DNA of 64,000 nucleotides, taken from the NCBI GenBank assembly GCA_038231275.1, contig JBBRLQ010000003.1:384001-448000 (forward strand), given 5' to 3'. Positions 27,701 through 36,200 of this stretch are shown here, in pieces. Positions within the stretch are counted from its first letter, which is position 1. Each line of letters begins with the position of its first letter. Source of the DNA: Polyangiales bacterium. Its GTDB lineage: Bacteria > Myxococcota_A > Polyangia > Polyangiales > Polyangiaceae. Position numbers and translations under genes: made by a program. The notes under the pieces are model-generated. The model saw nothing but the letters and a program-made list of their open reading frames with translations, ran no database searches and was not told where the DNA came from.

Positions 27701-29491
27701 ATGAGCCACTCCTTCCATGCCACCGCCTTCCGTTTTGGTTCGTTCGGCTGCGCGTTCGCGCTCGCCGTGGCGCTCTCGCCCGCCTTCGGTTGCTCTTCGT
27801 CGGACGGCGGCAACGCCGGTGCCGGTGGAGGAGTCGACGACGGAGCTGCGGACGCCTCTCCTCGCGCACCCCGCGAAGGCGGCGTCGGCGTCGATGGTGG
27901 GGCGCTCGCGGATGGTGCGTCGGGCGACGGGGCGCCGAACGGATCCGCGAAAACGGAGGGAGCCGGAACGCGTCTTCGTCCGGCGTACGTGCGCTTCGAC
28001 GCCGCCGACGGCGCATCGTGGCGGCAGTGGGAGGGTTGGTACGATACGCAGCGCGACGAGCAGTGCGGCGTCCAGCGAATGAGCGATGGCAAGTACCGGT
28101 GCGCGCCGTGGGGCGAGGAGCCGAGCTTCGTTCCCGACACGTATTTTTCCGACGCCGCGTGCAAGGCGCCGATCATGGGGACCATCAAGTACCCCGGCCA
28201 GGAATCGCAGGACAGATGCACGAACCTGAAGATCCAGGGGAGCAAGCGCTACTACCGGCTGACGTCGAGAGCGGCGTGCGCGCCGACGCGTCTCGTCGAG
28301 GTGCCGACCTCGGCGCCGCTCATCTTGTCGCAGTACTTCTACAAGATGCCGGATGGGTCGTGCCTTTCTCAACCGATTCCGGCGGGCGTCACGACGGAAA
28401 TTTACGCCGTGCAGCTCCCCCTTACCGAGGTGAACCCGTCGTCGTTCGTCGCGTTCACGAAGACCGACAGCACGCCCGCCACCTCGTCGCGCCTCCGCGT
28501 CTCCACGACTGTGTACACCGGCGATGACGGCGCGTGGAGCCGCTTGTCTGCACGCCTCATCGACAGTGGGCGCAACGAAATTTGTTACAGGCGGACCGCG
28601 GCCGACGGAGTACAGCGCTGCATGCCGTACGGCGGCTACGTCGCGTCCGGGCAGTTCACCGATCCGGGCTGCACGCAGCCGTCGTGGGAGGTGAGCAACA
28701 ACGGCAACTGCGCGGACGACGACGGTCGCGACAAGTTCGCGTCGTACATGGATCAGACCGACTACACGGCGTGCTACGCGACGCGCGTGTACGAGCGGTT
28801 CACGTCCGGACAGCTCTCCACCATCTACTACGGCAAGCCGGGCACCTGCTCCTCGCAGGACGTCACGAGGGAGACGGGGTACACGTACTACGCGGCGAAG
28901 AGCCTGCCCGCGCCGATCCCGGCGACCGACTTCGTCGCGATCTCCAGCGACTCGCGCGACGCCGCGAGTCCGTTCTACGGCCAGGCCGGCTCGCGCCTTG
29001 GCATGCGCCAGACCGTCACCCTCGGCGATAGTGACATGACGATGACGTCGCCATGGATCACTGCCTACGACACGCAGAAAAAGGCGGACTGCTATACGAC
29101 GATGCTCCCGGACGGGAACTTCTACTGCGTGCCGAACGCGCGCTATTTCGACTACGACGCGAAGCGCACGAACCTCTTCGCCGACGCGGCGTGCACCGAG
29201 TCGGTGTTCGGCGTCACCAAGCTCCAGAACGGCTGCGGCGGGAGCGGCACGATCGACACCTCCGCGCTCTACGCCGAGACCCCGTTCACGCTCGGCGCGT
29301 GCGAGGCCTACCGCTACTTCCACATCCCGCGCACGCCGTATCCGGCCACGACCGTCTACACGCGCTCGTCGTCGAATACGTGCGCGCCGTACACGGGGGA
29401 CCTGAGCGCCGTCGCCTTCTATCGCCGCCGGGACTGTACGGAAGTGCAACCGTCCGAGCTCGTCGGAGTGAGCGTCCACACGGAGAAGTGA
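27701..29491 (+). CDS. Lipoprotein with three ~170-aa Cys-rich repeats
   Basis: AFGC lipobox; D...C.....DG...CxP...FxDxxC occurs three times. Confidence 0.82.
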   Translation: MSHSFHATAFRFGSFGCAFALAVALSPAFGCSSSDGGNAGAGGGVDDGAADASPRAPREGGVGVDGGALADGASGDGAPNGSAKTEGAGTRLRPAYVRFDAADGASWRQWEGWYDTQRDEQCGVQRMSDGKYRCAPWGEEPSFVPDTYFSDAACKAPIMGTIKYPGQESQDRCTNLKIQGSKRYYRLTSRAACAPTRLVEVPTSAPLILSQYFYKMPDGSCLSQPIPAGVTTEIYAVQLPLTEVNPSSFVAFTKTDSTPATSSRLRVSTTVYTGDDGAWSRLSARLIDSGRNEICYRRTAADGVQRCMPYGGYVASGQFTDPGCTQPSWEVSNNGNCADDDGRDKFASYMDQTDYTACYATRVYERFTSGQLSTIYYGKPGTCSSQDVTRETGYTYYAAKSLPAPIPATDFVAISSDSRDAASPFYGQAGSRLGMRQTVTLGDSDMTMTSPWITAYDTQKKADCYTTMLPDGNFYCVPNARYFDYDAKRTNLFADAACTESVFGVTKLQNGCGGSGTIDTSALYAETPFTLGACEAYRYFHIPRTPYPATTVYTRSSSNTCAPYTGDLSAVAFYRRRDCTEVQPSELVGVSVHTEK

Positions 29492-29558
29492 ACGCTTTCG
29501 CGGGCTCAGCCCCGGGGGGGCCGGATCGGCGGCGCGTGACAAATCCTTTCGGTACCTG

Positions 29559-30332
29559 ATGCGTCAAAGGATCATGCGGCGCTTCTTCGGGCATCTCCCC
29601 CGGCGGGTCTTTCTGTTGTTGATGCTCGCGGGCGCCGCGCTCATCACGGCGTCCAGCCTCGCGTATTTCGACGGCGAGACGGTCCCGGCCTTCATCGTCG
29701 AGAAGCTGCCAGTGCGCTTCGAGACCTTGTGGCTCGCGTCGCTCCGCATCCACGTCGTCGCGGCCTTGCTCTCGCTCCCGCTGTGCACGGTGCTCATGAC
29801 GCGCACGCTCCAGAGGCGGCCGACGTGGCACCGGTGGATGGGGCGCGTCGCCGGGCTGCTCGTGCTCTTCGCGCTGGTGCCGACCGGCATCGTCCTCGCG
29901 TTCGACGCGAAGGGCGGCGGAGTCGTCACCGCGGGCTTCCTCCTCTCGGCCGCGATCGTCGCGTGGTTCATGGTGCGCGGGATCGCCGCCGCCCGCCGCC
30001 GCGACCTCGTTAGCCACCGACGCGCGATGCGTCACGTGTTCGCGCAAATGAGCGTCGCCGTTACATCGCGCGCGCTCCTGCTCGGTCTCGACGCCTTCGG
30101 GATTGACCCCGCCCTCTCGTACGTCGTCGCGCTCTGGGCTCCTGTCCTCGTCAGCGCCGGCGTCGCGGAGCTCGTATCGTCCAACGTCTCGAACCTCGTC
30201 CGATTCATTCGACCCATCCGCCTCATCCAACCTTTTCACCTCATCGTAAGGATCCGCCGTGAAGTCTCCGATCTGGTTGTCCGCGTGCGCGCTCGTTCTC
30301 TCGCTCGTCCCGTCGTTCGCGAAGGCCGATGA
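29559..30332 (+). CDS. DUF2306-like membrane protein
   Basis: HV...WHRWMGRV...HRRAMRH, multiple TM helices; start could be 29574. Confidence 0.75.
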   Translation: MRQRIMRRFFGHLPRRVFLLLMLAGAALITASSLAYFDGETVPAFIVEKLPVRFETLWLASLRIHVVAALLSLPLCTVLMTRTLQRRPTWHRWMGRVAGLLVLFALVPTGIVLAFDAKGGGVVTAGFLLSAAIVAWFMVRGIAAARRRDLVSHRRAMRHVFAQMSVAVTSRALLLGLDAFGIDPALSYVVALWAPVLVSAGVAELVSSNVSNLVRFIRPIRLIQPFHLIVRIRREVSDLVVRVRARSLARPVVREGR

Positions 30333-30696
30333 GCCGTCGCCTGCCGCGCAGGTTCAGACCCGCGTAGAGCAGGGCCTCGTCAAGCCGCTGGCCGACTACG
30401 AGCGATCGACCAGCCGCTTCTCTCGCGCGCGCGTGCCGCCGCGGGAGCGCCGTGTCCGGGTTACGCAGGTCGCTGCGTCGCGCGACGCGTCGGGTCGCGC
30501 GTTCATGGCCTTCGCGGTCGACGTGCGGTTCGGCACCGAGTGGCGCGAGAACGATCTGGTGGGATGCGCCTACACGACGAGCGGAGATTTGTTCGTGAAG
30601 CGTGGCGACGCGTACCGCCCGGCGGCGTTCCTGCTCGGCAAGAACGTCGAGCCGGTGGCCGGTGTCTGCCAGTCCGCCCCCACGGCGAGCGCCTGA
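30259..30696 (+). CDS. Hypothetical secreted protein (overlaps upstream gene by 74 nt)
   Basis: Signal peptide ending AKA; codon bias. Confidence 0.65.
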   Translation: MKSPIWLSACALVLSLVPSFAKADEPSPAAQVQTRVEQGLVKPLADYERSTSRFSRARVPPRERRVRVTQVAASRDASGRAFMAFAVDVRFGTEWRENDLVGCAYTTSGDLFVKRGDAYRPAAFLLGKNVEPVAGVCQSAPTASA

Positions 30697-30725
30697 CCGG
30701 ACGACGCCTCCGCGGGCTCGCCGAG

Positions 30726-30762
30726 AAAAAAAGCGCCCCGCGGGTTTCGTCCGCGGAGCGCT
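30726..30762 (-). terminator. Rho-independent terminator after metallothionein
   Basis: Minus strand AGCGCTCCGCGG-acgaaac-CCGCGGGGCGCT then T-run (TTTTTT). Confidence 0.85.
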
Positions 30763-30786
30763 CGACGCGGCGCGCAGGTCAGCGCG

Positions 30787-30948
30787 TCAGCTGGGGGTGC
30801 TGCAGCACGCGCAGCCGTTGCACGCGCAGGGCTTCGCGCAGCCGCAAGCAGGCGCGCACTCGCAGCCACCCTTCGCCTCGGCCTTGCATGCGCAGGTTTC
30901 GGCGTTGCACTTCGCGCAGGTACAATCGGGGTTCGTCTTCTTCGACAT
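30787..30948 (-). CDS. Metallothionein-like peptide (53 aa, 14 Cys)
   Basis: Hand translation MSKKTNPDCTCAKCNAETCACKAEAKGGCECAPACGCAKPCACNGCACCSTPS*; GC3-biased codons. Confidence 0.85.
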   Translation of the reverse strand: MSKKTNPDCTCAKCNAETCACKAEAKGGCECAPACGCAKPCACNGCACCSTPS

Positions 30949-30986
30949 GACGGTCTCGCTTTCCGAGCACTGGGCTCACCCTTGCT

Positions 30987-31012
30987 GACGCACGCCCCGG
31001 CCCCGCATTACA
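30987..31012 (-). promoter_or_regulatory. Putative ECF promoter for the metallothionein
   Basis: TGTAAT-N16-CGTC overlapping the sigma gene stop codon. Confidence 0.55.
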
Positions 31013-31601
31013 CCGATTCGCGATCGGCTTCGTTTTTACACGTGCACGCGACACAGCCGTGGGTGGCGCACGTCCCGCACGAGACCGCTACCTGCCGCCG
31101 CAGCGCGTCGCGGGCTCGAAATACACGCACGGCCGCGTTGCTCTCGGAGATTCCGCGCTCCTTTGCGAAGTCCTTCACCGCGACGCCGTCGATCTCGACC
31201 CTGCGGAGCGCTTCGGCGTACTCGGGCTTTAGCGTGACGGCCAAGCGCGACACGCAACGGCAGACCTCGGCGCGATCGTCGGGCGACGGCTCTTCGGCCT
31301 TCTCGAGCTCTTCGGCGAATTTGCCGAGCGCGCGATCGGCGGCGCTCGTGCGCCGGTAATAGTCGATCGTCGCGTTACGGAGCGTCCGGTAGAACCACGG
31401 CACGGCCGACTCTCCGTCGCGCAGCGTCGCCATCGTGTCGAGCCCACGGGCGAAGGCTTCTTGGAGGATGTCCTCCGCCACGTCACGCCGACCGACGCGG
31501 CGCTCGAGGAAGCGCAGAAACGCGCGATGGTTCTCGACGAGCGCGGCGATGACCTCCGGATCGCGGGGCCGCTCGGGGAGGTCACTCGGATCGTCGCTCA
31601 T
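31008..31601 (-). CDS. CorE-like metal-responsive ECF sigma factor
   Basis: AEDILQEAF, WFYRTLRN; CRC between sigma2 and sigma4; C-terminal CGTCATHGCVACTC. Confidence 0.88.
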   Translation of the reverse strand: MSDDPSDLPERPRDPEVIAALVENHRAFLRFLERRVGRRDVAEDILQEAFARGLDTMATLRDGESAVPWFYRTLRNATIDYYRRTSAADRALGKFAEELEKAEEPSPDDRAEVCRCVSRLAVTLKPEYAEALRRVEIDGVAVKDFAKERGISESNAAVRVFRARDALRRQVAVSCGTCATHGCVACTCKNEADRESV

Positions 31602-31649
31602 GCCTTCCGTTTAGCACTTCTCGCCGCCGCCGTCGGCAGCCGCGACGCG

Positions 31650-32120
31650 TCACACGAGGCGCAGCTCCATGAAGCGCGCGCCGTCGATTGGATTCTCCCG
31701 GTAGGGCGCGACGTCGCGGAAGCCGAGCGATTCGTAGAGCGCGATGGCGGCCTTCATCGACGACACGGTGTCGAGCTTCATCGCGCGATGGCCGGCGGCC
31801 CGTCCCTCCATGACGATGGACTCCGCGAGCCGTCGGCCAATTCCGCGACCGAGAAATCGTGGCCGGACGAAGAGCCGCTTCATCTCGCACTCGCCATCGC
31901 CGATCGCGCGGAGGGCGACGCACCCCGCGACGACGCCGTCCGCGCGCGCGAGCAGGAGACGCCCGGAAGGAGGGGCATACGCGCCGGGGAGGCCCGCCAG
32001 CTCGGCCGCGAAGCCTTGGAAGCCGAGATCGAAATCGAGGGACCGCGCATACTCCTCGAAGAGCGCACGAGCTTCGGGCAGATCGTGCGGCGACGCATGG
32101 ACGACGGTGACGCTCGACAT
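31650..32120 (-). CDS. GNAT N-acetyltransferase
   Basis: EMKRLFVRP..GRGIG, LDT..M.AAIALYESLGF. Confidence 0.9.
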   Translation of the reverse strand: MSSVTVVHASPHDLPEARALFEEYARSLDFDLGFQGFAAELAGLPGAYAPPSGRLLLARADGVVAGCVALRAIGDGECEMKRLFVRPRFLGRGIGRRLAESIVMEGRAAGHRAMKLDTVSSMKAAIALYESLGFRDVAPYRENPIDGARFMELRLV

Positions 32121-32158
32121 GGCGACGGCATCGTACCGCGGGCGTACATTGGAGGGAG

Positions 32159-32947
32159 ATGCTCCGACGCCACGCCCTCGCGATCGCCGTCCTCGCGGCC
32201 TCGGCCGTGCCCCTCTCGTGCACGCGGAGCGGCGAGCCGCGGATCACCGTGGAGCCGCGCACCGCCACCCCTCCCGCACGCTCCACGATCGCGGAGGCGC
32301 CGTCGGTTGCCGCTCCGCCCGTGTCTGCGGCGCCGCCCGTCGCGCCGCGGGCGACCGCTCCTTCCGCGTGGACCGATCCCGCGGTCGTCGCGTCTCTGGC
32401 GAGTGATTGCGGGTGGACACCGCCCAAGAGCGACGCCGAGTCGACGTCCGACTCTCGCCGCGGCGCGCTCTCTTGCGAATTTCTCGTCGAGCAGTCGTGC
32501 GTGCCGGATCCGTGCCTGACGGAGCAAGAGGAGAAGTGCAAGCCCGTCTGCGCGAAGACGTGCGCCTCGTGCGGCACACGCTGCGCCGTCGCGTGCACGA
32601 CCTGCAAGAGCCCGTGCCGCGACGACGCGTGCCGACTTCGGTGCGCGACGACGTGCGGCCAGTGCCGTCAAGGATGCGTCGCAGACGCCGACCGGTGCGC
32701 GACCGGAACCTGCGGCGCCGCCCACGCGCGGTGCGCCACCGAAAAGAACGCGCTCTTCAAGAAGCACGCGGCCGCGTGCAAGAAGGTCTGCGCAGCAGCG
32801 GCCGACTGCCCTGGTCGGTGCTCGGCCGAGCCGGAGGAGAAGCAGGCGGCGTGTTGGACGGCGTGCAAGACGCGCTTCGTCGCGGGTGGGTGCCCGGAGA
32901 TCTTCTACGGCACGTGCATGATGGCAGGCTCGCTCGAAGGCGGATGA
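32159..32947 (+). CDS. Cys-rich lipoprotein
   Basis: PLSC lipobox; many CxxxC. Confidence 0.72.
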   Translation: MLRRHALAIAVLAASAVPLSCTRSGEPRITVEPRTATPPARSTIAEAPSVAAPPVSAAPPVAPRATAPSAWTDPAVVASLASDCGWTPPKSDAESTSDSRRGALSCEFLVEQSCVPDPCLTEQEEKCKPVCAKTCASCGTRCAVACTTCKSPCRDDACRLRCATTCGQCRQGCVADADRCATGTCGAAHARCATEKNALFKKHAAACKKVCAAAADCPGRCSAEPEEKQAACWTACKTRFVAGGCPEIFYGTCMMAGSLEGG

Positions 32948-32990
32948 TACGCGTGCTCGTCACGTGCGCTGAGGAGGCGGGCGACGCCGC

Positions 32991-33569
32991 TCACGCGTCT
33001 CGGTATCCCCTCGCCGGCGAGGTGCAAACCGCCGTCGCGATCGCGAGCGCGCGGTCGATCTCGCCGAACGGGCTCGCGTCACGTCCATCCCATTCGAAGC
33101 GGAATACGCCGTCGTCGTACGACGACTCTCCGTAGTCTCCGAACGCGAGCAAGGCGCGGCGCGCGGCGTCGCCCAGGACCTCGACCGCGACCGCGCGGGA
33201 GGTGCCCTCGATCCGAAAACAGTCGTCGAACAAGACGTCTCCCGTTCGCAAGCCTACCTTCTGATCTTCGTGTTTCGGCCAAAGGGCGAGCTTCCCGGGA
33301 ATCCCACCGCTGGCGCGGCCTTCGACGATCCAGTGAAACGAAGGGCCGCGGTGCTCGGGGGTGACGACCATCCGCACGTCGAGGGCGACGCCGTTCTTCA
33401 GGGCCACGAACCCCATGCCATCGTTCGTGAGTCGGTAGCCGCGGTCGGCAGCGAACCGCTCGAGGCTCGAGCTTCGCCGTGAGAGTGAGGCGAGGCCGAA
33501 CCGCGAGGCCATGACGAGGCCGAGGGCGCCGACGACCCCGACCACGAGCACGCCGAACCAGAGCTCCAC
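32991..33569 (-). CDS. Hypothetical membrane-anchored protein
   Basis: N-terminal TM; TGD..FD..F motif; start uncertain. Confidence 0.55.
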   Translation of the reverse strand: MELWFGVLVVGVVGALGLVMASRFGLASLSRRSSSLERFAADRGYRLTNDGMGFVALKNGVALDVRMVVTPEHRGPSFHWIVEGRASGGIPGKLALWPKHEDQKVGLRTGDVLFDDCFRIEGTSRAVAVEVLGDAARRALLAFGDYGESSYDDGVFRFEWDGRDASPFGEIDRALAIATAVCTSPARGYRDA

Positions 33570-33700
33570 GGACCTACCGTGGAATGGTGCGCCCGCCTGG
33601 TCAAGCCGACTCCCGCGGCGTGGTCCCCAGGTCGCGCCGTGTCTGCATCGCGCCCGTAATGGGGACACCGCGGATCACCTCGCGAGCGCAAACATATGCA

Positions 33701-33732
33701 TTGACAGTTATATGAATATGAGGTTATATAAC
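33701..33732 (+). promoter_or_regulatory. sigma70 -35 box and ArsR operator dyad
   Basis: TTGACA followed by GTTATAT-N12-ATATAAC just before ATG 33735. Confidence 0.7.
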
Positions 33733-33734
33733 GC

Positions 33735-34088
33735 ATGGTCTCGACCTTCGCGGCGTTGGCAGAGCCGAATCGATTCCACATCGTGGAGCACCTCCGCCAC
33801 GGCGCGCGGAGCGTCGGGGACTTGTGCGAGCGCCTCGACTTGAGCCAGCCGCTCGTCTCGAAGCACCTCCGCGTCCTCCTGGACGCCGGTCTCGTCGACG
33901 TCGAGGCGCGCTCCCGCCAGCGGTTCTACGGCCTCCGTCCGAAGCCGCTCCGCGCGCTCCACGACTGGCTCGACACGTACCGCACGATTTGGGACGCGCG
34001 CTTCACGGCGCTCGACGATCTCCTCGTCGAGCTCGAACCCAACACCAAAAAGAAGGAGTCCCCCCATGGCCGCAAGAGGCGAAGCTGA
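33735..34088 (+). CDS. ArsR/SmtB family regulator
   Basis: FAALAEPNR..SQPLVSKHLRVL..AGLV. Confidence 0.9.
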   Translation: MVSTFAALAEPNRFHIVEHLRHGARSVGDLCERLDLSQPLVSKHLRVLLDAGLVDVEARSRQRFYGLRPKPLRALHDWLDTYRTIWDARFTALDDLLVELEPNTKKKESPHGRKRRS

Positions 34089-34578
34089 CCGATTCCAGAC
34101 CCACGCCGAGCGCGTCTCCGACCGCGAGCTCTTCATGCGACGCGTGTTCCGTGCGGTTCGTCAGACGGTCTTCGACGCGATGACGAAGGAAGATCTCGTG
34201 CGCCGCTGGTGGGCACCGAGATCCCTCGGCGTCACGCTCTTCGAGTGCTCCATCGAGGCGCGCGTCGGCGGCGCCTACCGCTACGTCTTCGGCAAGGAGG
34301 GGCAGCCGCCGATGGCCTTCTCCGGCGTCTTCCGCGAGGTCGCGCCCGGCGCGCGCGTCGTCTACACGCAAATTTTCGAGCCGATGCGCGAGGCGGGGGA
34401 GGGGCTCATCACCGCGACATACGCCGACACGGACGACGGATTCACGCTCTTCGAGCAGCGCGAGCTCTATCCGTCGAAGGAGGTCCTCGACGGCGCGATG
34501 GCGTCCGGCATGGAGCGCGGCATGCGCGAGACGCTGGACCAGCTCGCGACGCTGCTCGGCGAGCTCGGGTCGTCGTGA
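34066..34578 (+). CDS. SRPBCC/AHSA1 domain protein
   Basis: RVFRA..VFDAMT..LVRRWW, RVGGAYRY, GMERG. Confidence 0.88.
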   Translation: MAARGEADRFQTHAERVSDRELFMRRVFRAVRQTVFDAMTKEDLVRRWWAPRSLGVTLFECSIEARVGGAYRYVFGKEGQPPMAFSGVFREVAPGARVVYTQIFEPMREAGEGLITATYADTDDGFTLFEQRELYPSKEVLDGAMASGMERGMRETLDQLATLLGELGSS

Positions 34579-34584
34579 CTCCTC

Positions 34585-34842
34585 TCAATCGCAGGTGCAG
34601 AAGTCGATGAGCGTCGGAGCGCAGCCGCCGATCCCGCAGTGGTACTCGCGGTCGCGGCCGCAGCCGTAGGCGCAGTAGCGCGACTCCCTCGCGTTGTTGA
34701 CGCAGACATCCACCTCGGAGCGAGGGCACGGGAGGTCCTCCGCGCCGACGTCTCGCACCTCGTCGTAGTAGGGATCGACCGCGATGCAACTCGACAGCAC
34801 ACCGAGCGCTGCTGCGACGACGAGGAGGGCGCGCAGGTTCAT
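34585..34842 (-). CDS. Small Cys-rich lipoprotein
   Basis: LSSC lipobox; DLPC...AYGCG..YHC. Confidence 0.68.
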   Translation of the reverse strand: MNLRALLVVAAALGVLSSCIAVDPYYDEVRDVGAEDLPCPRSEVDVCVNNARESRYCAYGCGRDREYHCGIGGCAPTLIDFCTCD

Positions 34843-35091
34843 ACAGCGAGGTAGAGCATCCGCCGTACCAGCGCCGGCGACCGCGCGCGCCCAAAATCAC
34901 GAAGAAATCGAGCGCGGTTTCGTGCGCGCCGCGGCTGCCCGTCGTGCCTTTGCGACAAGCGGCCTCGACGAGTCGCGGGGCACGGGGCGCCCAGGCGTCA
35001 CCGCGTCACTACCTACACGGAGGGCACACGAACCGATCGAAAATACGATTGAAGTTCGAGCAAGTCTTCTACGTCTGACGTGTAGACGACG

Positions 35092-35562
35092 TCAGCGTGT
35101 CATCTCGAGCATCGTCGCGCGGAAGCCGGCGGCGGCGAACAAGCGCTGGGCGGCGACGTTCGACACCATCGTTTGGAGGATCACGCGTGCGGCGCCCGCC
35201 GCCTCGAGGCGCGCGACGAGGTCGTCCAGTAGGCGCTTTCCTACGCCGGCCTTTCGCGCATCGTCGGCGACGAAGATGTCGTGGATCGCGCCGTGCTCGT
35301 CGAGCAGCATGTTCCAGTCGCGTGCCTCGAGCGTGCCGTACGCGTACCCGACGACGCGCCCATCGATCTCCGCGACGACGACGCGCGCGCGGTCGCGAGC
35401 GATCTCTCGCGCCAGCCAGCCCTCGTAGCCTTCTTCGATCCGCTCCGGCAGAAAGAAGCGCGCGGGATCGACGGCGTGGTGCATGCGCACCAGCGCGCCC
35501 GCCATCTTCGCGAGGTGAGGGAGATCGGTCGCGATCGCGGGACGGACGATGGGCTCTGTCAC
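35092..35562 (-). CDS. GNAT N-acetyltransferase
   Basis: IHDIFV..ARKAGVG, NVAAQRLF..AGFR. Confidence 0.88.
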   Translation of the reverse strand: MTEPIVRPAIATDLPHLAKMAGALVRMHHAVDPARFFLPERIEEGYEGWLAREIARDRARVVVAEIDGRVVGYAYGTLEARDWNMLLDEHGAIHDIFVADDARKAGVGKRLLDDLVARLEAAGAARVILQTMVSNVAAQRLFAAAGFRATMLEMTR

Positions 35563-35572
35563 GCCCAGGAGC

Positions 35573-35914
35573 TTAGCGCGTCGGCGTCGGCATGCTGGGG
35601 ACCGGAGGACACACGCACGTGACCCGCGCCTCGGTCGAGCCGGAGCAATCCGCCGGCACCGTCGCCGCGCACGTGAAGGTGGAGCTTCGGGGCTTCGGGT
35701 CGGCGACCGGCGAAGGCACCCCGCCCCCGCAGGGCCCGTATTCGAGGCAGTGCTCGTTCGCAGCGCACGTCGCCGTGCCGCACGTCATGCCCTTCGCAGG
35801 CGACGGAGGTTGCGCCGTCGACGCGGACGAGGCCGTCGGCGCGACGGGCGGCGGCGTGCCCGGGTCGCATGCCAAGAAGAGGAGGGCGAGGATCTCGACC
35901 GAAAGGATTCGCAC
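35573..35914 (-). CDS. Small Cys-rich lipoprotein
   Basis: FLAC lipobox; CG..TC...EHC; TACACT 7 nt before GTG. Confidence 0.6.
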   Translation of the reverse strand: MRILSVEILALLFLACDPGTPPPVAPTASSASTAQPPSPAKGMTCGTATCAANEHCLEYGPCGGGVPSPVADPKPRSSTFTCAATVPADCSGSTEARVTCVCPPVPSMPTPTR

Positions 35915-36200
35915 GGACCCGAGTGTATCGACGCGCGCGATCGAGGCAAGGCCGGAAGCCGTCACGCTCTCGCGATCCGACGCGGCGCTCACGGGAGGTT
36001 CGGTAGCACCAGCGGCCCGAGGAACACGAGCGCGAGCACCGCGATGCTGAAGATCTTCTGTCCGGCGGCGCTCATGGGAGATCATACGGAGCCGGCAGGA
36101 AAACGATCTGGGTGCCGATCAGGAACGCGGCCTTCGCTCATCCCCCGGAATTCTCGGCAAATTGCGCCTGACGCCGGATTCTGGCACCCTGCGCCGCGGC

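Noticed and set aside
19446-34925. Shared intergenic 14-mer GCGCGGTTTCGTGC at 19446 and 34912
   Set aside because: Only two GC-rich copies with no consistent position; cannot be separated from chance.
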